Shown piece after piece: positions 37,002-45,677 of a stretch of 64,000 nt of DNA. A model generated the notes under the pieces. That model searched no databases, was not told the DNA's origin, and saw only the letters and a program-made list of their open reading frames with translations. The position numbers were made by a program, and so were the translations under genes. Source of the DNA: a virus. Lineage: Duplodnaviria > Caudoviricetes. Positions within the stretch are counted from its first letter, which is position 1, and every line of letters begins with the position of its first letter. The stretch is taken from positions 3,493 to 67,492 of the IMG/VR virus record IMGVR_UViG_3300012956_000023. One strand, given 5' to 3'.

Positions 37002-38000
37002 GAAATGAATACAAACGGGGCACATGCAGGAAACTGCTTGTTGAATTAATTTTTATTAATTATCCTATAATTCAGAGGGTGAATTGCTGGAAACTCCAAT
37101 TACAAATCGGACAATCAGCAGCCAAGCTACTGAGGGATCAGTAGAAGGTTCAACGACTAGAGATAGTAATCTAGACCAGGTGAAATCTCCACGAGCGCCC
37201 TCTACCTTAATTGATAGAAATGAATCTTATGTGTATGTTTATCTGGATATTCGCAAACCAGGTAAATATACTTATACAAAGTTGAATGTCTCGTTTCTGT
37301 TTGAACCATTCTATGTTGGTAAAGGAATTGGCGGTAGGTATCTTAGTCATTTAGGAATTTTAAATGAATCTATAAGAAAAGGTTCTTATAAAGATAATAA
37401 GATTCTTAAAATTTATAAAGATACTAATAGAACTAATTTCATTACCAAAATAATGAAAGGTTTATCTGACATTGAAGCTTGTGAATTAGAACGTAAGTTC
37501 ATACAAGCAATTGGAAGATATGATCTTAAAACAGGCCCGTTAACTAATTTGACTGATGGTGGAGATGGGTTATTAAATCTGTCTGCAGAAGTCAGAAAAC
37601 GTGCAGGTATGGCAATTGCTATAACTCAAAAGGGTAATACGAGACGCTCCGATGTATTAAAAGGAAAACCAGCTTCGAAAGAAGTAAGAGAATTACTCTT
37701 AAGTTATACTTATAAAGGTCTTGGTGGTGCAGCTGGAAAGAACACTCCGAAAAGTGAATCTCACCGACTAGCTATTTCGGAAAATACAAAAGGTAAGCCG
37801 AAAACTCTTCGAGAGAAAACCTGCTTACTTTGTAATTCAAGAGTTCTATTTAAGTATGCATCAGTGATATCTCATTTTAAGCAACATAAAGTAATTTCTT
37901 ACAAGGATTCCTTGGTTCATTTATCAACAGGTAATGATATAGTCTGAGCTTCATGGTAACATGAAGAAGTGAAGATAAAGAACTTCACGGTAACAATCTG
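37002..38000 (+). mobile_element. group I intron 3 in MCP (999 nt)
   Basis: P 37082, Q 37113, R 37148, S 37936; short P1 CCCU/GGGG; terminal G at 38000. Confidence 0.9.
37084..37947 (+). CDS. intron-encoded GIY-YIG-like homing endonuclease; start uncertain
   Basis: YVYVYLD..PFYVGKG..R...H, E..FI..IG..PLTNL, NUMOD3-like KSESHRLAIS. Confidence 0.82.
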   Translation: MLETPITNRTISSQATEGSVEGSTTRDSNLDQVKSPRAPSTLIDRNESYVYVYLDIRKPGKYTYTKLNVSFLFEPFYVGKGIGGRYLSHLGILNESIRKGSYKDNKILKIYKDTNRTNFITKIMKGLSDIEACELERKFIQAIGRYDLKTGPLTNLTDGGDGLLNLSAEVRKRAGMAIAITQKGNTRRSDVLKGKPASKEVRELLLSYTYKGLGGAAGKNTPKSESHRLAISENTKGKPKTLREKTCLLCNSRVLFKYASVISHFKQHKVISYKDSLVHLSTGNDIV

Positions 38001-38129
38001 ATGTACTTCACTCCAGTATTCAATAGCCCTAACTTGCAGGGTGAAAGAGGTTTGATGAGCTTGTATGACTTGTTCATCAACAACCCTCTGTACTACCGTT
38101 CTGGAACAATTTCTAGCTACGGGGCATAA
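38001..38129 (+). CDS. major capsid protein exon 4 (42 aa, not in ORF track)
   Basis: MYFTPVFNSPNLQGERGLMSLYDLFINNPLYYRSGTISSYGA completes the typical MCP C-terminus after AEWIP. Confidence 0.9.
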   Translation: MYFTPVFNSPNLQGERGLMSLYDLFINNPLYYRSGTISSYGA

Positions 38130-38139
38130 TTAATCTCTG

Positions 38140-38167
38140 AGTGACCGGATGAAATACTCCGGTCACT
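38140..38167 (+). terminator. 10-bp hairpin after MCP
   Basis: AGTGACCGGA-TGAAATAC-TCCGGTCACT; weak U-tract. Confidence 0.55.
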
Positions 38168-38210
38168 TGGATTTAGAATAATAAGAATTATTAATTATCT
38201 TGAGGGTGAT

Positions 38211-38564
38211 ATGAATACTCCAGAATATGGAAAGATGTTAGAGAACGTTAGTGCTCATACGATTACTAACGTAGTGATTGATCCGAACTCAGAAGTAGAT
38301 GTTTACTCAAACAAAGGTGCATCTGGAGCTGTGCAATTTAATCTTCCTCCTGCTAAGCAGGGTATGAAGTTTACGTTCGTAGCTGAGGCTGCTCAGAACA
38401 TCGTAATTAAGCCAAATACTGGTGATAAGGTTGGTCTGGCTGGTACTCTTCAGACAGCAAATACTGCAATCACTGGAACAGGTGCACAGGGTCTTGTTTG
38501 TTCATTAGTCTGTTTGACAGATGGTGAATGGAAAGACGTGTTTCAGAGAGGTACTTGGGCCTAA
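38211..38564 (+). CDS. putative capsid decoration/fibre protein
   Basis: immediately after MCP; FNLPPAKQGMKFTFV beta-rich motif. Confidence 0.6.
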   Translation: MNTPEYGKMLENVSAHTITNVVIDPNSEVDVYSNKGASGAVQFNLPPAKQGMKFTFVAEAAQNIVIKPNTGDKVGLAGTLQTANTAITGTGAQGLVCSLVCLTDGEWKDVFQRGTWA

Positions 38565-38629
38565 TTGTGGATCTAGGTATTACTGCTAGGTGATTACTTA
38601 CCAGTGATGTTATCCCCTAGATTCATTAT

Positions 38630-38674
38630 GGAGAGGGGTTTCGGTAGAACTTACCTATCGCACCCCTCTCCTTT
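38630..38674 (+). terminator. long hairpin with T tail
   Basis: GGAGAGGGGT..CGGTAG..CTATCG..ACCCCTCTCC-TTT. Confidence 0.6.
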
Positions 38675-38713
38675 AAATTATAGGAGAATGTATAGTTTAT
38701 AGGTATAAACATA

Positions 38714-39004
38714 ATGGATCTTTCGTTTAACATTACTCTTGGAAACCTATTGTCAATTCTAGCGGCTATAGGTAGTACTGTTACTTTAATATACAAGTTT
38801 GGTAAGTCAGTAAAAACAGATATTGCTGAAGACGCAGTAGCTGATTCGAATGTAGAAAATCAGTTAAAATGGATCACCGATACTACTCGATTTCATGATG
38901 CCCATATTAATGATAGCGTTTGTCGTATTTCTGCGTTAGAAAAGGATGTAGCTTATATTAAGGGCAAGTTATCTAATAAACGACATGAGACTGATGAGGA
39001 ATAA
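38714..39004 (+). CDS. N-terminal TM plus coiled-coil protein
   Basis: ITLGNLLSILAAIG..ISALEKDV. Confidence 0.6.
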   Translation: MDLSFNITLGNLLSILAAIGSTVTLIYKFGKSVKTDIAEDAVADSNVENQLKWITDTTRFHDAHINDSVCRISALEKDVAYIKGKLSNKRHETDEE

Positions 39005-39213
39005 TCTCATGGAAATGGACTTTCAATTGATAAACTTCCAGACAATAATTGCAATAATAGTGATGATAATCTACTTCGGAGTAGCGTATAGGCTAGTAGG
39101 TGCATCGTGTAAAACTGTACATCACCGTAGGTTGCGTGATAAAGGGTTTCTCGGAGCGATTAAAGCAGGTATATTATTAGTAATGAATAGAATTTAAACA
39201 CTAGGAGAATACT

Positions 39214-39558
39214 ATGTACGAATATGCGTTATCTGATAAGATTAAATCCCCTGCATGTGTATGTGATGTAGATTTTGGAAGTGATAGGAGCATTATCCTT
39301 CGAGTGCGCCATGAGAGTCTAGATAAACTTGCAAAGGACGGATTTGTTGAAGTTTATCAATTAGACGGCAAAGGTAGACGTAACGGAGTTCCTATTATCG
39401 GTACAGTAGCTACCAATCCTCCACCGTTACCTGTACCTGCAGATTTGAAGCCTGAATCAGATATAGCTCCGAAAGATCCATTATCTGAGTATTCTGAAGA
39501 AGAACGTGTAGAGATTATGAAAGCACTAGAACTCGTTCGAAATAAACCTCAATCATAA
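39214..39558 (+). CDS. hypothetical protein
   Basis: GGAG RBS; 114 aa. Confidence 0.6.
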   Translation: MYEYALSDKIKSPACVCDVDFGSDRSIILRVRHESLDKLAKDGFVEVYQLDGKGRRNGVPIIGTVATNPPPLPVPADLKPESDIAPKDPLSEYSEEERVEIMKALELVRNKPQS

Positions 39559-39570
39559 CATAGAGATACA

Positions 39571-40563
39571 ATGTCATTACATGATAGACGACAATTTATA
39601 ATAGATTCAGTAAGATCTATTGTGGGATATCCGGTCATCAATACTCTTGATGTTGAGGTAGCCACAATAGATTTTGATGATGCACTACTTAGATATTATC
39701 AAGCTGCTCCTATTATACGTACTCGTACTTATGATGTAACTTTCAATCAAGAAACTCTAATTCCTATAGACCAAGTGCTTGAGTTAGAGTTTCCTTCAGT
39801 GTTGGTAGAAGACGAATCAATTGGTACTGCGAATAATACATTACTATCGTTCTCAAAGACGATAACTAAGGCTCCTATACGTCCAGGTAGTGTAATTATT
39901 AAGAGAGCGGGTACTGAGGTAGCTAATGATAATTCACTAGGAGACATTGCTGGCACTGATGGGGCAATGATTATTACTGGATCAGTGAATTATTTAGCTG
40001 GACAAGTAACTGTAGTTTATAATGCTGCTCCTGCATCTGGATCAATTACTGTTACTTATAGACAAGATAACAATAACTATTTCTATCTCGGTGTACTGAA
40101 CGAAGCATTTAAATCAAATATTATTCCTCGATATAACTTAGATCGGTTTCTTCTCGGTGTGGAGACTGGATTTGATCCAGTTAATGAATATAATCCGTTG
40201 AAGATGGCTGCACGGAATACATATGATCATATGTTGTCCGGTCAGACTACAATTGAGTATCGTCATGAAGAAGGTACAAAAGGAGTATTGCATGTGATCC
40301 CTATGGGAATAGGTACATGTGCAATTACTCATGCATTTGGATGTGTGAACATGGACCGAGTACCTATGAACCACATCTTTATGTTTGGAAATCTTGTAGC
40401 AGAGAAGTTTATTGAGAGAGTAATTTCAGTTCGTTCTGGAATTCAATTAAGTGCGGATTATCAAATTAATACTTCATACTTAGAGAAGAAACTCGCTGAA
40501 CTACATGAAGAAAATATCAGAGCCTTAGCTGAAATTGCAACTCCTGTAGTTCTATGGGGTTAA
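39571..40563 (+). CDS. neck/head-tail adaptor (gp13-like) with inserted beta domain
   Basis: position; IVGYP..DVEV..FDDAL..Y N-terminus; inserted domain shared with MCP. Confidence 0.6.
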   Translation: MSLHDRRQFIIDSVRSIVGYPVINTLDVEVATIDFDDALLRYYQAAPIIRTRTYDVTFNQETLIPIDQVLELEFPSVLVEDESIGTANNTLLSFSKTITKAPIRPGSVIIKRAGTEVANDNSLGDIAGTDGAMIITGSVNYLAGQVTVVYNAAPASGSITVTYRQDNNNYFYLGVLNEAFKSNIIPRYNLDRFLLGVETGFDPVNEYNPLKMAARNTYDHMLSGQTTIEYRHEEGTKGVLHVIPMGIGTCAITHAFGCVNMDRVPMNHIFMFGNLVAEKFIERVISVRSGIQLSADYQINTSYLEKKLAELHEENIRALAEIATPVVLWG

Positions 40564-40584
40564 ACTATTAGAACGTAGGAGCAT

Positions 40585-40791
40585 GTGGCAATGGCTGAAG
40601 GATTTTCTCCGTGGGTTCACCACCTACTTGGAATCATAGATACAGACAATCACCGTACTTGTATATTATGTGGCAAGGAAGTAGTATGGACATCTGATCC
40701 AGAGTTGGCTCGAGTTACTCAAGTATATGAACATGATAATCGATGGTTTATTAATACTCCTCCTGGTAACATAATTAAATGTAATGGATAA
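40585..40791 (+). CDS. small Cys/His protein
   Basis: HRTCILCG..KCNG. Confidence 0.45.
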   Translation: MAMAEGFSPWVHHLLGIIDTDNHRTCILCGKEVVWTSDPELARVTQVYEHDNRWFINTPPGNIIKCNG

Positions 40792-40794
40792 CCA

Positions 40795-43407
40795 ATGATT
40801 GCCTGGTTCTTATCTCCATATAAATTACAGAAACAGCTAAATAGACAAGTTCGGTATTGTCAGATCTTTGATCTATGGAATGAAATAGCTGAATCTGGGG
40901 GATATGCACATGAATTAGAGATTGCAGATAATCAGGCGTTAGTAAAAGTACGTGCATCTAGAAAAGTAATCTCTGATCTTAGTAAGATTCCTGGTAATAA
41001 GATTGTTACTGATCCAAGTAAATTATGGGGTCCAACAAGAATTCCTGTATCTATTGTTGATGGAGAACAAGTCAGTTCTAATAGACGACGTATTCCAAAT
41101 ACCCCTATTGGATTAATCGATCAGCATGTGTTTAATGACGATCAGCAAGAATTATTTAAGCGTCTTGCTGGAAAATCAATGGAATATGCTGAGAAGTTAG
41201 GTTATTATCGATTACCATACTTCATGCCAAATGATTTGAAGTATGCTATCCTTGGAGAAGTAGCTCCACAAGGATATGACCTTGGTAAGATTTCTCCAGG
41301 TACCTTCCCTACTCAGTCAGTATTTGATGATGCGAATCGTACTAATGAAGGTCCTCCTCCATCAGCATCATGGGTTAACGTCTCTGGTGTTAGTGGATTG
41401 AAAGTATCAGGTAATCGATGGGTTACTGATAGCGGTGGTGGATTCTGGATGACCAGATCATCTACTAACTTCGGTCCTGATTGTGAGTGTTTTTATGATA
41501 TCGTTACGCTGGATCGTAGTCAAGGTGGAGCTATTCAGATCTACATGAGAGATACTAATACCTCGCCTGGAGATAATTATCTCCTAGGGTGGTATACTGA
41601 TACTTCTCCTGCTGATACATTAACCTTTACTAGAAATGATGATGATGTTGGAACAAACTTAGGTTCCAGCATATCAATAAATTGTGCGTCAGGATATTCA
41701 TTTGGATTTGAAATTATAGGTTCTACGTTAGCAGGATATTACAGAACTACTAACTCAGGACCATTTAGTTTAATTTCTACTCGAGTAGATGCTACTTATA
41801 GTGCTACAGGTCGTATTCTAATAGCTATGGCTGGAGGTGCTGGCCATCAGTATGATAATATAGGTCGAGGAGCAGTTATTGTAGCTGGAGGTCCTATTCA
41901 GCCTACTGCTATCTCTAGTGCTCAAGCATTTGGAATTACCTCAGTTCTAGATCCAGGAGCGGTATTACAACCTACTGGATTAGCTAATGGACAATTAGTA
42001 ATTGCTTGGACTGCAAATACTGAGCCTGACTTAGCAGGTTACCGTATTTATTATGGATATGCTGCAGGCATTTATTCAGGGGTAGTTGATGTAGGATTTA
42101 CTGATACTCCTGGTAATCCTTCGTACTTATTAAGTAGTTTAAAGTTACAAGCTACTTATATTGCGTTAACTGCATATGATAACTCAAACAATGAGTCAGT
42201 ATTCTCATCTGAGTTTTCAGCAACTCCTACAGGACAAGTAATTAAAGGTGTTATAGTTACTAATTCAGTAAGACAATTATCTCCTACTTCAGTAGGACCA
42301 GCAGAGTCATTTGGACAGGTAACCGTTGTTCAACCAGATGGTATAGTAACTGTATCTGGAATAAGCACTGCAGAATTTATTAATACTGCATTATTAAACT
42401 TTATTGCAGTAATTTCAAATACTGGAATATCCCCAACTGAAGCATTTGGGACATTAAGTGTTGGTGGATTGCAAGTGAAGTTAACTTCAATACCTGAGAC
42501 TTATAGTGTATCTCAAATTATCATTATTGCTGGGAATGTAGATGTTCCTACTTCTTCAATAGCTTCATTGGAATCATTGAATGATCCTGAATTATTTACT
42601 AGTGCTAGTATTGTAAATACTGGAATTGTAAGTACTCAGGCATTAGGAAGTTTGGTAATATTCCGAGAATTTAGAATATTACCATATGAGATAGTTTCTA
42701 GTGAAGGATTTGGTAACTTTAATACTATAAAGACTAGAACTTTATCATTTACTGGAATTAGTTCATTAGAGAATGTAAATTCAATAACTCTGAAGAAGGA
42801 ATTGTTCTTTGTAGTCCCATCTACAATTACTACGGGTAATATAGTTGGAACTCCGTCATTAGGAGCATACTTTGGTACATTACTGAATATAAATCCAGTA
42901 AACAGTGCTGAAGCATTTGGATCAAGTTCATTATTGCCAGGTAGCGTAAATGTTAGCCCATCAGGAATTATTTCTGGGATAAATCTTGGAAATAGTCGAT
43001 TGTTGCTACAGAGCTATATTACTAACAGCTCAATAGCTTCAGTTGAAGGATTAGGTAGTGTAATAGTATTACCTGGTAATAGAAATGTAAATCCTTATGG
43101 AATATTCTCACTAGAGAACTTTGGTATTACCAAGATCAATAAAGTAATTGTTCTTGGGTCAATGCCGTCGTTAGAAGCATTCGGAAATATTAATTTAACT
43201 AGATTAATTAATCTTTCTGGTATTCCAACTCAAGAAGCTCTAACAAGCCCTGTACTTTCTTCTGGGCCTGTAGTGATTCTAGTTCCATCTTTCTTCCAGG
43301 GATCGACTCCTGGAGAGAATGCTTTAGTAACATTTACTGAAGAACCAGGAACCCCGACTATGACTATTGTAGCGGATCCGTTAATCTATAATATTCGGTC
43401 GACTTAA
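40795..43407 (+). CDS. large fibre/appendage protein: beta-sandwich, FN3 domain, ~16 C-terminal repeats
   Basis: WTANTEPDLAGYRIYYG FN3; repeated I.S.E.FG units. Confidence 0.7.
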   Translation: MIAWFLSPYKLQKQLNRQVRYCQIFDLWNEIAESGGYAHELEIADNQALVKVRASRKVISDLSKIPGNKIVTDPSKLWGPTRIPVSIVDGEQVSSNRRRIPNTPIGLIDQHVFNDDQQELFKRLAGKSMEYAEKLGYYRLPYFMPNDLKYAILGEVAPQGYDLGKISPGTFPTQSVFDDANRTNEGPPPSASWVNVSGVSGLKVSGNRWVTDSGGGFWMTRSSTNFGPDCECFYDIVTLDRSQGGAIQIYMRDTNTSPGDNYLLGWYTDTSPADTLTFTRNDDDVGTNLGSSISINCASGYSFGFEIIGSTLAGYYRTTNSGPFSLISTRVDATYSATGRILIAMAGGAGHQYDNIGRGAVIVAGGPIQPTAISSAQAFGITSVLDPGAVLQPTGLANGQLVIAWTANTEPDLAGYRIYYGYAAGIYSGVVDVGFTDTPGNPSYLLSSLKLQATYIALTAYDNSNNESVFSSEFSATPTGQVIKGVIVTNSVRQLSPTSVGPAESFGQVTVVQPDGIVTVSGISTAEFINTALLNFIAVISNTGISPTEAFGTLSVGGLQVKLTSIPETYSVSQIIIIAGNVDVPTSSIASLESLNDPELFTSASIVNTGIVSTQALGSLVIFREFRILPYEIVSSEGFGNFNTIKTRTLSFTGISSLENVNSITLKKELFFVVPSTITTGNIVGTPSLGAYFGTLLNINPVNSAEAFGSSSLLPGSVNVSPSGIISGINLGNSRLLLQSYITNSSIASVEGLGSVIVLPGNRNVNPYGIFSLENFGITKINKVIVLGSMPSLEAFGNINLTRLINLSGIPTQEALTSPVLSSGPVVILVPSFFQGSTPGENALVTFTEEPGTPTMTIVADPLIYNIRST

Positions 43408-43442
43408 AATAAAGTATAATAAAAATTTGATAGGTTGTAAAA

Positions 43443-43850
43443 ATGGCTAATTCATTGTACGGGCTTGGTCGTCAGGGGTTCTTAGAAGGAACTATAGATT
43501 GGGATACAAACACACAGAAGATTATTTTAGGAGATTCTGGCGCTTATACTGTATCTATTGATGTGCATCAGTTCTTATCTTCTATTGCCGGTGGTGCACG
43601 TATTGCTACCTCCTCTGCATTGTCAAATAAGACTGTAGCTTTGGGTGTAGCTGATGCTGATGACGTATTGTTATCATCCGTTACAGGTACATCTTGTGAA
43701 TTTATTGTAATCTTCCAGGATACTGGTGTAGAGGCAACTTCACGATTGATTGCGTATATCGACTCAGCAGTTGGTCTTCCTGTAACTCCTAACGGTGGTA
43801 ATATTACTGTTCAGTGGGATTCAGGTGCTAATAGAATCTTCAAACTATAA
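43443..43850 (+). CDS. putative virion structural protein
   Basis: beta-rich; GLPVTPNGGNITVQW. Confidence 0.6.
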   Translation: MANSLYGLGRQGFLEGTIDWDTNTQKIILGDSGAYTVSIDVHQFLSSIAGGARIATSSALSNKTVALGVADADDVLLSSVTGTSCEFIVIFQDTGVEATSRLIAYIDSAVGLPVTPNGGNITVQWDSGANRIFKL

Positions 43851-43866
43851 TTACTAGAGGTATACT

Positions 43867-44370
43867 ATGGTAACAGTTCGTGTGTGGGAACAAGATGGAT
43901 TTGGTTATATAGATTTTGGGAGAAAGTTTCAAGTTCATGCATATGATGTAAATCAAGCATGGGTAATGATTGATACCTTCCTAAAGTTAGGAAGATTAGT
44001 ACATGACAGAGGAGCATCTCCGGCATCGTTATTGCCTGATCGTTCATCTAAGCAAGTGCTAATTAAGATGCATCAATTGCATGTATGTGTCAATTGGGGT
44101 ACTGATAATCAAATCCTGGCATTTACTGCAGATGAACTGTTTAACATAGCTGATACCATGACTCAAGCCGCATATAAAGTTGAACGTGATATTCGTGGCT
44201 TGTTACCATCGAAACAAGATATAAATGACATGGAAGAAGTGTTAATTACTGATAGACATAAAGTAATTCAACAGGCATTTAAGAATATTGAACGTCCTGA
44301 TGTAAATGGGCTACAGGTGTCTACCCCACATTCATTCATGTCTAAATTAATACGAAAGCCTTGGAGGTAA
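43867..44370 (+). CDS. hypothetical protein
   Basis: 167-aa ORF. Confidence 0.6.
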   Translation: MVTVRVWEQDGFGYIDFGRKFQVHAYDVNQAWVMIDTFLKLGRLVHDRGASPASLLPDRSSKQVLIKMHQLHVCVNWGTDNQILAFTADELFNIADTMTQAAYKVERDIRGLLPSKQDINDMEEVLITDRHKVIQQAFKNIERPDVNGLQVSTPHSFMSKLIRKPWR

Positions 44371-44373
44371 GTT

Positions 44374-44637
44374 ATGTCAGTAGATTTAGCTCAGTTGAAG
44401 ACTCTAACTGTTGATCAGTTAGAAAAAATGAACAATACGTTTGCTGCTGAGATCGATTTGATTAAAGATAGACAGCGAGCAATTCAGTTTGAGTTAGGAC
44501 AGCGTTCTAGACTAGAGAAGTTTAGTCAGATGACGTCAGTATTGTCTGATAGTGAAAAAGCACAGTTAATGCAAGTATTATCAGGACAAGGAATTGCGTC
44601 TCAGGAATCAGTAGTAGGTTCTCAAGTAAAAGGTTAA
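44374..44637 (+). CDS. coiled-coil hypothetical protein
   Basis: 87-aa ORF. Confidence 0.6.
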   Translation: MSVDLAQLKTLTVDQLEKMNNTFAAEIDLIKDRQRAIQFELGQRSRLEKFSQMTSVLSDSEKAQLMQVLSGQGIASQESVVGSQVKG

Positions 44638-44640
44638 TAA

Positions 44641-44949
44641 ATGGCTGACATAGAGCTAGTAAAGAAATCACCTACTGAATATTTCTCGCAAGAAATGGAT
44701 TTTACCGGACGATTACTATCTTCCGATAAGATTACCTCGTGTACGATCACTGCGAAGAATATAAATAATCTCCAGGATATGACTAACTTAGTTCTCGGAA
44801 ATACTGTTGGAGTAATAAATCAAACAGGAAAACGAGTAAGTTATTTGTTACGTAATGGAATTCTAGGTGAAGAATACGAGATTAAGTTCGTATGTCTAAC
44901 TAATTTAGGATATAGAATTGAAGATAAGTTTACTTTACTTATCAGATAA
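44641..44949 (+). CDS. putative fibre adaptor protein
   Basis: KSPTE..MDF..L...KI..GEEYEIK..T..G..IED pattern. Confidence 0.5.
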   Translation: MADIELVKKSPTEYFSQEMDFTGRLLSSDKITSCTITAKNINNLQDMTNLVLGNTVGVINQTGKRVSYLLRNGILGEEYEIKFVCLTNLGYRIEDKFTLLIR

Positions 44950-44984
44950 AATTAAGTTATAATAGTTTGAGACTGGAGTAATAA

Positions 44985-45647
44985 ATGCAGTTAGGAAATG
45001 TAGCTTTCAAGGGTGATTTGATTCCTCTGTTAATTCCTAAGGAAGGATTGTATCCTTCGGTAGAGAATGGATTCTTAACTAATAAATTACCTGGTGATAT
45101 GGCTTTGAAGCATGTAGTTCGCAGTTATGCCAAAGAATTAGGTCTACGTGCTCGTCTAGTTGGTAAGGGTGCATTTCGTGGACTGAAGGGTGAAGGAGTA
45201 GGATTTATTGGTCGTCTGTATGCAACTCATTATCATAATGGGAAGCGTACGAATCTCGGATTAATTAGCACCAAGGTAGTTACGACTGCTGGTGTGAACT
45301 ACATGCGAGATGACTTCAATAACAACACTGGTTCTGCTGATATTACTAATTTTAAGTATCATGATGCAGGAACTGGTGTAGCAGCTGAAGCTATTGGTGA
45401 TACCACATTAGGTACTCCATATGGTGGATCTCGTGCTACAGGATCTCAGTCTGGAGCTGTAGCTAAGCAGTATGTAACTGTGGGAACTATCTCTTTCACA
45501 TCTACATTAGCTATTACTGAGCATGGGGTATTCAGTGCTACTTCTTCAGGCACACTGTGGGATCGTTCAGTATTCTCAGCTATTAACGTAGTAAACGGGG
45601 ATAGTATTCAGTTTACCTACAATTTGTCATTATCCGACGGAGGGTGA
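44985..45647 (+). CDS. putative virion structural protein
   Basis: VVTTAG..GTG..AITEHGVF..GTLWDRSVF..GDSIQFTY. Confidence 0.65.
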   Translation: MQLGNVAFKGDLIPLLIPKEGLYPSVENGFLTNKLPGDMALKHVVRSYAKELGLRARLVGKGAFRGLKGEGVGFIGRLYATHYHNGKRTNLGLISTKVVTTAGVNYMRDDFNNNTGSADITNFKYHDAGTGVAAEAIGDTTLGTPYGGSRATGSQSGAVAKQYVTVGTISFTSTLAITEHGVFSATSSGTLWDRSVFSAINVVNGDSIQFTYNLSLSDGG

Positions 45648-45677
45648 TTAGCCTTAGTAAGGGGTTTATTTAACACT

